Assembly: GCA_900617105.1 (NCBI GenBank)
Contig: UYFQ01000342.1
Coordinates: 1-48,644 of the forward strand
Direction of reading: 5' to 3'
Length of the DNA: 48,644 nt
Source: Hydrurus foetidus
Lineage: Eukaryota
Within the stretch, counting starts at the first letter, position 1. Each line of letters begins with the position of its first letter. This document shows, in pieces, positions 1-9,929 of this stretch. A program made the translations under genes and the position numbers. The notes beneath the pieces were generated by a model. It saw only the letters and a program-made list of their open reading frames with translations. It was not told the origin of the DNA and did not search any database.

Positions 1-1066
1 CGCGGTTTTTGAAAACTTTCCACTCTGGATCCCGTACGGGTAGTCCAAAGGGGGGAATTCGCGCGGGCTCTGGTCCGAGTTTGTTGTTGAATAGCTTTAT
101 GTGTTTGACACAAATTGCTCTAATTTTAGCTTGTTGTTCAGGGGTACCATCGATTTGTATAAGATCGATGAGGTACATTTTGTCCTCTGTTGGATTGTCT
201 TGGAAAGGAGCGAAGGTATCCTTCGACTTGTAGTCAATCTCTTCGGGTCCGAAGGGTTGAACCTCTGGGAGTTCTTCACGCTCCCGGAGTAGAGCAGCAA
301 CTAAACCACGTGTTTGGGCTGGTGCCTTGGATGAGGGAGTAGGAGTAGCTAATTCCGGGCTCCTGTCGGTTGTTACACCTAAATCATTTTGTCGGGGAGG
401 TGACAACAAAACTGCTGCCTCGACCGTAGAGTGCAAAATGAACTCATCAGAATCTAGCCTAGCCGCTGCCGCAGCTAAGCTAGTGGGACACCCACATGAA
501 GGAGTGCATGTCTTGCTTGTACAAGCACCTCGAGCCACCAGGTCGTCTTGCCATCGACTGTCTGTGTCTGAGGGTTTTATCCCCTCTCGGCTAGTTATAA
601 CCGGAGGTAAGGTTGGACTTGTGATACTCGTAACTGTGTCCGACTCTGTATCTAACATGAGTGGAACATCCACGTGGTTTAATACCATGTTTGTGGATTG
701 ATTCAGTTTTTGAAATGAGTGAATTTTTTCATTTTGGATATTTTCCGGAGATTGGAAGAATTCCGGAATGATTTTAACCAAATTTAGTTTTTTTATGGTC
801 TCTAATCCTAAGATTAGGTCGACTTTGGAATCTTCTGCAATTCGCACCGGAAGAGAAAAAGTGTATTTTAAACCGTTTTTGTTAAATGATACAACAATAT
901 CAAGGACAGCAGTGGATTCAATACATTGATTATTTAGACCCGAACACATCCATATGGGAGAGTCGGTGGTGCGAAGTTGGGGTTCACCACGTAGGCCCCG
1001 AAGGACTCTACGATTGATTACGTCCCCAACTTGACATCCGGTGTCGATTTGGGCTAAGGCGGCCAT
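1..1066 (-). CDS. pol: G1 pol, partial: aspartic protease, spacer and start of RT (open to the window edge)
   Basis: Manual translation MAALAQIDTGCQVGDVINRRVL...MCSGLNNQC...VDLILGLETIKKLNL...KDTFAPF...PARIPPF. Probably missing from the ORF track because no stop lies within the window. Confidence 0.85.
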   Translation of the reverse strand, partial: MAALAQIDTGCQVGDVINRRVLRGLRGEPQLRTTDSPIWMCSGLNNQCIESTAVLDIVVSFNKNGLKYTFSLPVRIAEDSKVDLILGLETIKKLNLVKIIPEFFQSPENIQNEKIHSFQKLNQSTNMVLNHVDVPLMLDTESDTVTSITSPTLPPVITSREGIKPSDTDSRWQDDLVARGACTSKTCTPSCGCPTSLAAAAARLDSDEFILHSTVEAAVLLSPPRQNDLGVTTDRSPELATPTPSSKAPAQTRGLVAALLREREELPEVQPFGPEEIDYKSKDTFAPFQDNPTEDKMYLIDLIQIDGTPEQQAKIRAICVKHIKLFNNKLGPEPARIPPFGLPVRDPEWKVFKNR

Positions 1067-1473
1067 GCCGTTATTTTGGTCCATAGCTGGAGGAGGATTT
1101 GGGTGGGGACCGGTCTCGATCGCGGCGATCTTTGTCTTTGTCTTTTCCGCTTGGCGCGAGTCGTCTTTGCGGTTGGAGTCGCGGTCGCGGCTGTCAACTC
1201 GGTCGCCAAAGCGGTAGCCGGGGATTGGGTCTGAGGAAGATATATTGTTACTTGTAAGTAATCATCAATCTCGTTAGGTATGATTGTTGATAAAAGCATT
1301 TGCATGTTTGGCAAAATACGATTTTCTGAGATATTTTCCGCATACGGAATTTTGGACTCACTTTTTCCTTTGTACCCGCGGTCTTTGATGTCGCGAGTAT
1401 CGCGGTTTTCGTTGCGATCGGTGTCGCGATTGTCTTTGCGGTCGTTGTCGCGGTTGGACCGGTCGTTGTTGCG

Positions 1474-1506
<33 letters not shown>

Positions 1507-1911
1507 GGCTTTGGCTTTGTTGTTCTTGCTGTTGTTGTTGTTGTTCTTGCGAGGGTCGTCTTTTGCAGCGGGACCCATGTCAGTTTCGACGTCGTCGGTT
1601 GGGTAGACGTATGTTGCCGCGCCAGGATTGTTGGTTGTCCTGGTCATTTCGCCATTGAGTAGGACGTTTGGGACGAAATGGTCGTGGCCAATTCTCCTGA
1701 ACTCCGTTGCCAACGTGGATTGACTCCACGTGGTATACGAGTTGTTGCAATGAGGATTCATGAAATTGCGACAATCGTAGCGATTGTGTCCTTGGCGACC
1801 GCAGGTGTGGCAATTATCGATTGTTTTGCTCAGACCTGGGTAGGCGTCGGATTCGCGTTTGGGTATCGTGCGGTAGGAGGCGGAGAGCTGCGTTGTGTTG
1901 CTGGACGACAA
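1054..1911 (-). CDS. gag: G1 gag C-terminal part: zinc knuckle plus Asn-rich and Arg/Asp-rich tail
   Basis: CHTCGRQGHNRYDC (CX2CX4HX4C) and poly-Asn from a (TTG)n tract at about 1475-1545. Confidence 0.85.
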
Positions 1912-3521
1912 TGAGTCGGGGTGATTTTTGTCTCGAAGTCGTAACGAAGACCACCCATGTTGGACGCGTTGATAACTGTTTGCCGAGCTTCACTGAGGCA
2001 GAGATTCATTCGGCACAACATGTTTGGGATGGAATCCTTTTTGTTGTTTCTTGTTTTGTCCTTTGTAATGTTCATGAAGTTTTCAGTGAACTTATTATCA
2101 AGAGGGAGCTTTTTGTAGATGATCTTACAGATCTCATGTTGGCGGTCTGCAGGTATATTGTCGTAGCTGCCGTAGTATCCGAAGAGGATGTCTCGGAGTC
2201 GTGCAATTGCCGCCAACTCTACGTTTGGGTTTTGCCATTTGATCTTCATTTGCCAGTTTTTCAGGGCGAGGTCCAAGTCATAGGTAGACTCTGTGGCGCG
2301 ATCACTGAAGAATAGTTTCTTGAGATCGGTGGCCATGTCGCGAATGGACAGGAGTTTGTCGTCGATGATGGGCCAGGTTTGACACATTTTGATTGTGTAT
2401 CCGAGAGTCTTTCGATTTTGAAGGAGACTGTCTCGGATCACATGGACAGCTTCGTCTTCGATGAGATCCTTCCAAGGTGCATTAAACTGAGGGCGGTGCG
2501 CCTGTGTATAGAACTTTCGGGCTGTGCCGTCCATGTCCTTCAGTAATGTCTCACGTGTTACATAGAACACTTCCTTCATGTTGATGAGGGAGGTTGTGAG
2601 TGCTTGGGGTGTTCGTTGTTGTTCGAAGACTGTGTCAGTCTCTTCGGTTTTGCGTTTGCGGTTTGAAGTGGCAGCCGCTTTCGTGGAAGCTGTCGCTGAC
2701 TTCTTTGCAGCTGCTACCGTTGCTTTGGACGTTTTGGATCTGGTGGCACGCGTGGGTTTGTCTTCAGATTGGACGGCAGAGAGTTGTTTTGCCTCCCTTG
2801 TTTTGGCAAGGGGTTTGATTGGCATCGCCTTTTTCTTCTTCGGTTTTGGTGACGGTGGGGTTGACGCCTCCGACTCACTTTGATCTTCCTCGTCCGATTT
2901 GGACTTGGTATCGTCGGGGTTGTTGTCTTCCTCTTCGTCCTCGTCGTTGGTTTGTTCGTCTTCCGCCTCTTCCGAGGCGTTGTCAGACACCGAGACGTTA
3001 TCATCGTCGGAGAGAATTTCCTTCGGAGATATTTTGGTACCGATTGTGTCGTCGCCCTCTTCCGTTTGAGAAGGATTGATATCCTCTTCTTCTTCGGTTT
3101 GGGGTCGGATTGGAGAGCCATCCTCATCTGACTGAGGGTTTAGACTGTGTAAGTCATTTGTCTCTTGCATCCAGGCTGACAAGTCTTTCAGTTCTTGATC
3201 TTCGAGATCAGATCTGTTGTCAGCCTGTTCCTGCAGCACTTCAAGTCGCACGCGATTGCGTTCACGTTCTTGTTGTAGCTGCAGGAAGCGTGCTTCGTTT
3301 GCCGCCAATTCATCGGATATGCGCGTATGGGTGCTCGAGGCTTTGATAGCCGATTTGCCCAGCGTCTTCATGGAGTTGGCTATATTGTCTTCCCGAGCGA
3401 GACGCTCGAGTTTAGCCTTCTCTTTATCCGATAGGAAGAGGATATTTTGGGGTTTGGAGCGTTTGGAAGACGAGCTAGCTTCGCTAGAGCTCTCTTTCCT
3501 TGGTTTTTGGGCCTTAACCAT
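1830..3521 (-). CDS. gag: G1 gag N-terminal part with a long acidic/basic low-complexity extension
   Basis: First long ORF downstream of the 5' LTR. It overlaps the zinc-knuckle ORF by a one-base frame change. Confidence 0.7.
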   Translation of the reverse strand: MVKAQKPRKESSSEASSSSKRSKPQNILFLSDKEKAKLERLAREDNIANSMKTLGKSAIKASSTHTRISDELAANEARFLQLQQERERNRVRLEVLQEQADNRSDLEDQELKDLSAWMQETNDLHSLNPQSDEDGSPIRPQTEEEEDINPSQTEEGDDTIGTKISPKEILSDDDNVSVSDNASEEAEDEQTNDEDEEEDNNPDDTKSKSDEEDQSESEASTPPSPKPKKKKAMPIKPLAKTREAKQLSAVQSEDKPTRATRSKTSKATVAAAKKSATASTKAAATSNRKRKTEETDTVFEQQRTPQALTTSLINMKEVFYVTRETLLKDMDGTARKFYTQAHRPQFNAPWKDLIEDEAVHVIRDSLLQNRKTLGYTIKMCQTWPIIDDKLLSIRDMATDLKKLFFSDRATESTYDLDLALKNWQMKIKWQNPNVELAAIARLRDILFGYYGSYDNIPADRQHEICKIIYKKLPLDNKFTENFMNITKDKTRNNKKDSIPNMLCRMNLCLSEARQTVINASNMGGLRYDFETKITPTHCRPATQRSSPPPTARYPNANPTPTQV

Positions 3522-4073
3522 CTTGAAAACTTGGCGTGGGAAATCTCACTGGAACTCTGCGTCTTGGACAGCGACGGAACTCGGACGCGGTGATTCAGGG
3601 AAAAGAGGAGTAGGTTGTTCGAGGGTGAGGAATAGTAGGTTAAGGATGTGGTAGTAGGAGTCAGGGGGATTGGAATGGTTTGGTGCGATTTCGGGAGGAA
3701 ATCGCAACAAAATTTGGACGTGGGCGGCGGCTTCGTAAGGAACGAAGCTGGGCGTGGGCGCGTTGGATTTCGTTCGTGAACGAGTTTGGGAGGTGTTACT
3801 TGCTTGCAAGTTCCTTTCCTTCGTAAGCCTTCGCGTAGAAGAGCTGCACGATATTTTGGGAATAAATCGCCAATATTTGAGGTCGCGAACGACTACGATT
3901 CAGAGGCTGTCGCGTTGACGAGACCTTTGTAATATCGTTTTGGGTGGTTTTCACTCCTGAAGAGTTACTCAACTTGTTGCTCAGACTGTTTTACGGTCGT
4001 TGCGGGATTTTTTGTTGGGACGTTTGGTCAACTTGGATCTGAGAGATCACTAGCTGGTTCCAAATACCGGTAT

Positions 4074-4290
4074 TGTGGCCTTGCCAGGATCTGGGCGTTG
4101 GGAGCGGGACGGCTGGGAGCGGGAGCAAGGGAAAGGAAGCTGGGAGAGCTATTGCGATGGAAACAATGTGGTTAGCTTACAGGTAAACACAGCAGGTATC
4201 ATGGCAATGAATCGGATGGATCGGATCGTCCTCGATCCGGTCCGAACGTACGCCTGTACCCGTACAGCCCGTACGGGTGTGCGGGTCACA
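4074..4290 (-). repeat. G1 5' LTR (217 bp)
   Basis: TG...CA ends with imperfect terminal inverted repeat TGTGGCC/GGTCACA. Shares ATCGGATGGATCGG with the G2 LTR. The partner LTR is outside the window. Confidence 0.8.
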
Positions 4291-5378
4291 GTGCAGGTGA
4301 TGCTGCACCGCCTGTCTGGAGCGGTATGAAGCATTGAAGAACCTTATCAACGTATCCGGGCATACTGATATCAACATACTGCTGCTCATGATTGAACGCG
4401 ATGGAAAACCCTAGGTACTTACTTCCCGTCCAGTCAATGGTGATAGTGTATAGTTTTTGCAGGGTATCGATCAGGTGTTGTGCACCGTTTTTAGTCGTGT
4501 ATTTGACACCGAAATAATCTACAACTAAGGAGAAATCGGTGCCGTTACTGTCGTGTCGGAAAAGGCACGTGGCGGCAGTTTGGTGATAGCCATGTGCCGC
4601 CAGATGTTGTATGAGCCGGTTTTGCGCCAATAAACCAGCTTGCGGTAGACCATACATGCTCTTGTTAACTTCAAACAGAATTCAGCCGTTGGATAGATAT
4701 GATTTTAATTCATTCTTATCGAAAATGTGTTCCGGAAGAAATTTTGTGTTGATACGCAGGTATTCGGGTCGCTCGAGAGGTGTATTGAGGTGTCAAGAAG
4801 CGCTTGTCGTCTGACACGACGGACTGGAGTAGTTTGACTCCTAACGGCATCGCAGCTGTGCGTGCCGTGGTGGGACCGGGATAGTTAATGCGGTCGCCAC
4901 CAATTGTGCCGCGAACGCGATAAGTACAGCTTTTTCTTTTACCTGAGGGTTGTAGTATGTGCTATCGCTTATGCGGTCGATCAGCTGCTCCGCGAGATGT
5001 ATTGGCTTGATAGTGCCTGTACCCAACAGTTGCTGAATTTCCTCACCTACAGCTCGTTGCCACTGTACTTTGTTCGGTCCATTCTTTGCGGACCGATACT
5101 TCAGTGGGTGGCCTTGTTCATCGAGGTTTAAAGTGGCCGATGATTGTAAAGCTGTTGGTATGATAGACATACGGCGTGCGTCAAGTCGCGTGACCCAATC
5201 AGTTGGTGTTATTCTGACGAGGACGTGCGTTGTTCTGACGAGGACGATGGTGTGCTACCAGTGCAGTATTTGGATTATGAATCGTATTTTGCGGTGCCTT
5301 TACATTCTGCGATTGCTGTGAATCCGTGAGGGGTTGTCGATCTTACGGAATAGCTGATAGTATGGTTTCAATTGCAGC
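4291..5378 (-). pseudogene. C1 reverse transcriptase fragments (frameshifted)
   Basis: MYGLPQAGLLAQ, FSLVVDYFGVKY and TYYNPQVKEK match C2 RT (MYGLPQAGLLAQ, FSLVVDDFGVKY, TYYNPQTKEK). One catalytic Asp is mutated. Confidence 0.9.
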
Positions 5379-5585
5379 TGTAGTCCAGATAGGAAGTAGG
5401 TCGATAGAGGAAAGGTGTTAGTTAGTTACAGGCTCTAAGCTAGAAGCTAGGATAACTTCTACGAGTAGGCTAGAGCTAGCTAGCAGCTGCGCTAGAGATG
5501 TATGTGTACAGTAGGCGGTAGGATCGGATGGATCGGGACAAGGTCCGGTACGGCCCGTAGGCCCGGTATAGCCGGTCCGACCACA
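5379..5585 (-). repeat. G2 3' LTR (207 bp)
   Basis: Direct repeat of 11947-12153; TGTAGTCC...GACCACA. Confidence 0.97.
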
Positions 5586-5607
5586 TCACCCCCACTTATC
5601 TTTTTTC
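5586..5607 (-). other. G2 polypurine tract
   Basis: Minus strand GAAAAAAGATAAGTGGGGGTGA abuts the 3' LTR. Confidence 0.85.
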
Positions 5608-5941
5608 TGAAGAAAAAGAACCTATGACGCGACCACCACGTTTTGTACAAAAATCTAATACAACTAAAACTAACTAAACGGAGAATAAAGAAAAAGATTA
5701 CAAATATGTAAATCTTATAATACATTTAAAATGTAAAAATAAAAATAAAATAAAAATCTATACAAATAGACTGGGTGGTGGGTCGGTCAAGGTGATAAGG
5801 TGGATGCCTAGTACCATGTACTTGCGCACGAGACCTCGATACGTAATTATGTCAGATTTTTACTGACTAAAACCATAAAAACCTCATAGAGGGAAAAATT
5901 AGGAAAAATCTTCAAAAGATAATACGTTCGAGATCAGCAAC

Positions 5942-7966
5942 TTAGGCTGATGTCTCAATGTTTCTGGGAATGAAATGTTTCATTTTGTTATCCCGTAAAT
6001 AATCATGGAGTGCTTCACAGAGCCGTAGTGATTTCCACGGCTCCCATGTATTATGAGAATCATCGTAGTTGAGCCATTTAACATGGAACGACATTGTAGT
6101 CGGTTTCTTGGTGTCACCAGCGTGACCCAGAACTTTCTCAACCACGAACTCCATGTAATCGCGACGAGCAGTGTCAGCAGGTATATCTACCTCTGGGTCA
6201 TAATTGAATATCTTCAAATTTTTGACATGAACACTTCGTGTCTTGTGGTTAACAAGGTTAGCGATAACATACTCGGACCCCTTAAGGGAGACAATACAGT
6301 AAGGGCCATGCCACTTAGTATGTAATCGAGTTGGAGGTCGATCAGTGTATCGGCATAAGACATATGACCCCACGGGGAACACAGTCGCTGATTCAGCTGA
6401 CGCGGCATTTTTAGCATCCGCCGTTAACAAAGTTTGAACCGCAGTTTCAAGTACTTTGTCTTGTACACTTATCAAATCTGATATGTACGTTGATCTTGAA
6501 TGTGTTCCAACACTTAAGTGTGGAGTGAGAATACCACGATTCAAATCAAGTTTGTTCCCGAACAGTAAATGAGCGGGGCAGACACCTGTGCGTCTATTAA
6601 CTGAACCGTTAATGATACGTTGCACGAATGGGATTGACTTAGCATATCCCTCAAGGGTTTGTTTATCAAAAACTAAACCTCTTAAGTGTCTATTCACCTC
6701 TTTGTTGACTCTCTCAACAATTGCATTCTCTTGTTTCGAGTAAGCAAGGGTGAGATTATGTGGTGTCCCACAAAGATCTAAGAAATCTTTGATCAAATCA
6801 TTTGCGAAATGTGATCCTCGATCAGATCTAATCATATTTGGTGAACCAAATCGACCAAAATGCGCAAGCAAACAGTCAGCTGCTGATTTAGCATCTGCGT
6901 CTGCACACCAGAACAATTCTGTCCATCGTGTGAATGTATCGATGATGACTAGGATATAACCTTTGTCAGGAAATGGACCAATAAAGTCAACATTTAGCGT
7001 ATCGAAGATAGCATAATTTGAAGTTGCAAAGTGAGACGCATTGATCTTAGGATCTTTTGCGCTCAACTTTTGACAACACGGACAGTTCTGTATGAACGTA
7101 CGTACATGTTGTTTCATGTGTTTCCATACTTGTTGTAAACTAAACAACCGAGTAAGGGTACGGTCTACGCCGTTGTGACCGACAATTGCATTGTGGCACA
7201 TTTGAATGTATTCTAACTGATCGTCTGAAGCTGGTTCTATGACCGTCAGAGCTGATACAGTGAAAGAAGATGATGAAGTAGGAAGTAATTCCAATTCTTC
7301 TGTTCGTAATGGCAGAGCAATTTCTGTCAAATTAGGACAAAGCCTTGACAGTGCGTCTGCCAAAACATTCGAAGTACCGGGTACGAATACCACGGTAAAA
7401 TCTAGTTCTTGCATAGCAATGAACCATCTCGCCACCATTGAGGTAGGATTTTGTTTCATATATGTTATGTTCAAATGATCCGTATGGATAGTGAACGTAC
7501 GATCTCTGATTAGATAATCGAGTTGTGTACAACAAAAGAAGATGGCATAAGCCTCCTTTTGTATCGTAGACCACCTTATTTGTGTAGGTGTCAACGATTT
7601 GCTAATGAAAGCAATTGGTTGCCAAATGGTACCAACAACTTGGAATAAGACTCCACCGATACCAAAGTCGGATGCGTCTGTATACAAGCGGATGTCTAAC
7701 TTATTGTCATCAATGAAGTACATTAATGGACAACGAGATATAGCAATCTTTGTGTCAACAAATGAGTTGGTGCTCTTTTGAGTCCAAACTACAGCAGAAC
7801 GTCTCGGAGCAGAGTGATCAATCATATCCTGCATTGGCTTAACCAAAGTGGAGTGCATTGGTACAAACTGTCGAAAATAGTTCGCTAAACCCAAAAATGA
7901 CCTGAGTAAGGTTAAATTTTTAGGTATAGAAAAGTTTAAAACTGTTTCTATCTTCTCTTTTGACAT
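5942..7966 (-). CDS. pol: G2 pol: RT thumb, RNase H, integrase and C-terminal chromodomain
   Basis: YTDASDFGIG (RNase H), HHCC zinc finger, SDRGSHF...ENAIVER (DDE), GPY motif, and VEKVLGH...VKWLNYDDSHNTWEP (chromodomain). Confidence 0.95.
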   Translation of the reverse strand: MSKEKIETVLNFSIPKNLTLLRSFLGLANYFRQFVPMHSTLVKPMQDMIDHSAPRRSAVVWTQKSTNSFVDTKIAISRCPLMYFIDDNKLDIRLYTDASDFGIGGVLFQVVGTIWQPIAFISKSLTPTQIRWSTIQKEAYAIFFCCTQLDYLIRDRTFTIHTDHLNITYMKQNPTSMVARWFIAMQELDFTVVFVPGTSNVLADALSRLCPNLTEIALPLRTEELELLPTSSSSFTVSALTVIEPASDDQLEYIQMCHNAIVGHNGVDRTLTRLFSLQQVWKHMKQHVRTFIQNCPCCQKLSAKDPKINASHFATSNYAIFDTLNVDFIGPFPDKGYILVIIDTFTRWTELFWCADADAKSAADCLLAHFGRFGSPNMIRSDRGSHFANDLIKDFLDLCGTPHNLTLAYSKQENAIVERVNKEVNRHLRGLVFDKQTLEGYAKSIPFVQRIINGSVNRRTGVCPAHLLFGNKLDLNRGILTPHLSVGTHSRSTYISDLISVQDKVLETAVQTLLTADAKNAASAESATVFPVGSYVLCRYTDRPPTRLHTKWHGPYCIVSLKGSEYVIANLVNHKTRSVHVKNLKIFNYDPEVDIPADTARRDYMEFVVEKVLGHAGDTKKPTTMSFHVKWLNYDDSHNTWEPWKSLRLCEALHDYLRDNKMKHFIPRNIETSA

Positions 7967-8003
7967 GGATAAACCATCTTTGTCAACGACTCTGCCAACG
8001 TAT

Positions 8004-8819
8004 TCAATACGTGGAAGGCCGAAACGGCATTTTTTTAGCTTTGAGTCTTAGACCCTTAAGTCTAAATCTTGCAAAAACTTTTTTTTTCAAGTTAGTAAGA
8101 AACTCTGCTTCACCCTTGCCATATACTATACAATCGTCGAGATACATCTCGCAACAATGATAGATAAGGCCATAGAGGACCGCCGTTACCATCTGCTCTT
8201 GAAAGTAAGAGGGGGCTCGACACGGACCAAAGGGCAGTCTCGTAAACTGAAAGACCCCCGCAAAGCATATGAATGCCGTAAAAATGCGGTGTGCGGGGTG
8301 TAACGGTGCTTGATGGTAACCAGCGGTTAAATCCATCACACCAAAAATATCCGGTTTTTTATTACCGATCCTCTCAAAGAGGTGTTTGATATTTGGTAAC
8401 GGGAATGAGGCCGGCTTAAGACACCTATTAAGTGGCCGGTAATCGATGCAGGTTCGAAATTTACCGGGTGACTTAGTTACTATTACAGGATGACTGTAAT
8501 AAGCGGCATCTGATCGCTCTATAACCCCTGATGCAAGCATCTCGTCAAGGTTTTCTTTGAGAGCAACCTCTTTTGTTGATGACTGGGGACGTACCGGCGT
8601 ACGGTTTTCGTCTTTTTCCCACAACTCAAGTGGGATGTTAATCTCAAAGGGTCTAAGTGACGCTGGTTTCTCAGCTAATTGATCACTGAAGATGTCTGAA
8701 TATTCAGAACAGAGCTCTCGGAGCTTCCTTTGAAAGCTTTCATCTCCTTCAAAGGTAATCTCTTTGAGGAAATCCTCTGGCCCTTTGGGCAAGTCATCTT
8801 GACTAGGTTTCTCCGCCAA
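8004..8819 (-). CDS. pol: G2 pol: reverse transcriptase core
   Basis: RTCIDYRPLN, MDLTAGYHQ, RLPFG, YLDDC. Confidence 0.95.
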   Translation of the reverse strand: MAEKPSQDDLPKGPEDFLKEITFEGDESFQRKLRELCSEYSDIFSDQLAEKPASLRPFEINIPLELWEKDENRTPVRPQSSTKEVALKENLDEMLASGVIERSDAAYYSHPVIVTKSPGKFRTCIDYRPLNRCLKPASFPLPNIKHLFERIGNKKPDIFGVMDLTAGYHQAPLHPAHRIFTAFICFAGVFQFTRLPFGPCRAPSYFQEQMVTAVLYGLIYHCCEMYLDDCIVYGKGEAEFLTNLKKKVFARFRLKGLRLKAKKMPFRPSTY

Positions 8820-9910
8820 GAAGGGGCAAACGTATCTATCTTGCCATCGTCAATCTCGTCAACTGAGAGTGCGACACCACTGGGCCATAAAGGCTCAGTG
8901 ACATAGTCTAAGGTATCAGAGTCCTCAGAAGTGTTTGTAGGGGTGGGAATCTGGTCGCCACCTAGGTGCGGTGTATCACCCGTACGTTTTGCGAGAATAG
9001 TAGTGACACTATTCAGTCGCTCACAACCTACAACACCACAGGGATCTTGGGTAGCTACTCCCTCGATCTCCATCTGAGTATCGTTACATGTCGACATTGT
9101 ATGGACACAAGAGACGTTGCTCTTCGAAGAAGATTGACCATGCAATATGCTCTTCTTGTTTGGATACTCGGAAGATCCGTGTGTTTCTCTCTTTTTAGAG
9201 GGTGGTTTACCGCCTGGATATTTCAGCTTGTCGTAGTGAGGTGTTAAAGACTCGACTACGGCTGTATCAGGTTCGGTACCCAACGCTATCATACGACGCG
9301 TATATTTGTGTTGAAACAACGGATCGAGTTTATCCAAAGCTTCTTTTCTTTCGAATTCGCGTCTGCGAGCATCGCTCTTTCTCTTATTCTCAGCACTTAG
9401 CTCAGGAGAAATGCCGAATGCAAACGGAGTTAACGTCCAAAAATCATACTTATTTACCGTTTCACGGCTAAATAAAATGTCGATGTCGGTTTTCCGATTG
9501 ACCCTCATGGGTAGGCTGATGCTATGGCATTCACCATCGTAAGAATGAAAAAGGATTTTTAAATCGCAAATTTCGTTATTTAGATAGCATTGGCCATCAA
9601 GACCGCTGCAAACAGTTATGGCTTTAAGAGCAGGATAACATAAGTGAGTGGCATTTAATTTTTCAATCATGTCATATGAAATAAAATTGTCCGAATAATT
9701 GGCCGTATCCATTACGGCCTTCCCCGCGGCGCGCAGCTCGCTAGCTGGGCCTGTCCTGTCCTTATCCTGCACAATAACCGTAACGTTAAGGTGGTGAGAA
9801 GCGAGGATGGAAGGGGTATGTAAAAATTCTTCACGAATAGGTACAAGTGGCTGCACTTCGAGATGATCATCAGTCAGATTAAAGACATCATCATCGAATG
9901 TGGCAGCCAC
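8675..9910 (-). CDS. pol: G2 pol: aspartic protease and spacer
   Basis: AVMDTANYSDNFIS aligns with LLDTGSFAGNF (G4). CSGLDGQC is shared with G1 and G4. Confidence 0.8.
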   Translation of the reverse strand: MAATFDDDVFNLTDDHLEVQPLVPIREEFLHTPSILASHHLNVTVIVQDKDRTGPASELRAAGKAVMDTANYSDNFISYDMIEKLNATHLCYPALKAITVCSGLDGQCYLNNEICDLKILFHSYDGECHSISLPMRVNRKTDIDILFSRETVNKYDFWTLTPFAFGISPELSAENKRKSDARRREFERKEALDKLDPLFQHKYTRRMIALGTEPDTAVVESLTPHYDKLKYPGGKPPSKKRETHGSSEYPNKKSILHGQSSSKSNVSCVHTMSTCNDTQMEIEGVATQDPCGVVGCERLNSVTTILAKRTGDTPHLGGDQIPTPTNTSEDSDTLDYVTEPLWPSGVALSVDEIDDGKIDTFAPSWRRNLVKMTCPKGQRISSKRLPLKEMKAFKGSSESSVLNIQTSSVIN

Positions 9911-9929
9911 ACAGTCATGGGCAAGGTTC

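Larger units (their letters stand above)
1..4290 (-). mobile_element. Ty3/Gypsy LTR retrotransposon G1, 5' part (5' LTR, gag, protease, start of RT); continues beyond the left edge; inserted in Copia C1
   Basis: LTR 4074-4290, gag with zinc knuckle, aspartic protease motif QIDTG, and sequence paralleling G2/G4 pol (CSGLNNQC, DTFAPF, PARIPPF). The LTR end at 4290 cuts the Copia RT frame at ...GGAASPA. Confidence 0.9.

Noticed and set aside
5850..5870. Hammerhead ribozyme in the conserved Gypsy 3' UTR motif
   Set aside because: CTGAC is not followed by GA (no CUGANGA), and no correctly placed GAAA was found.
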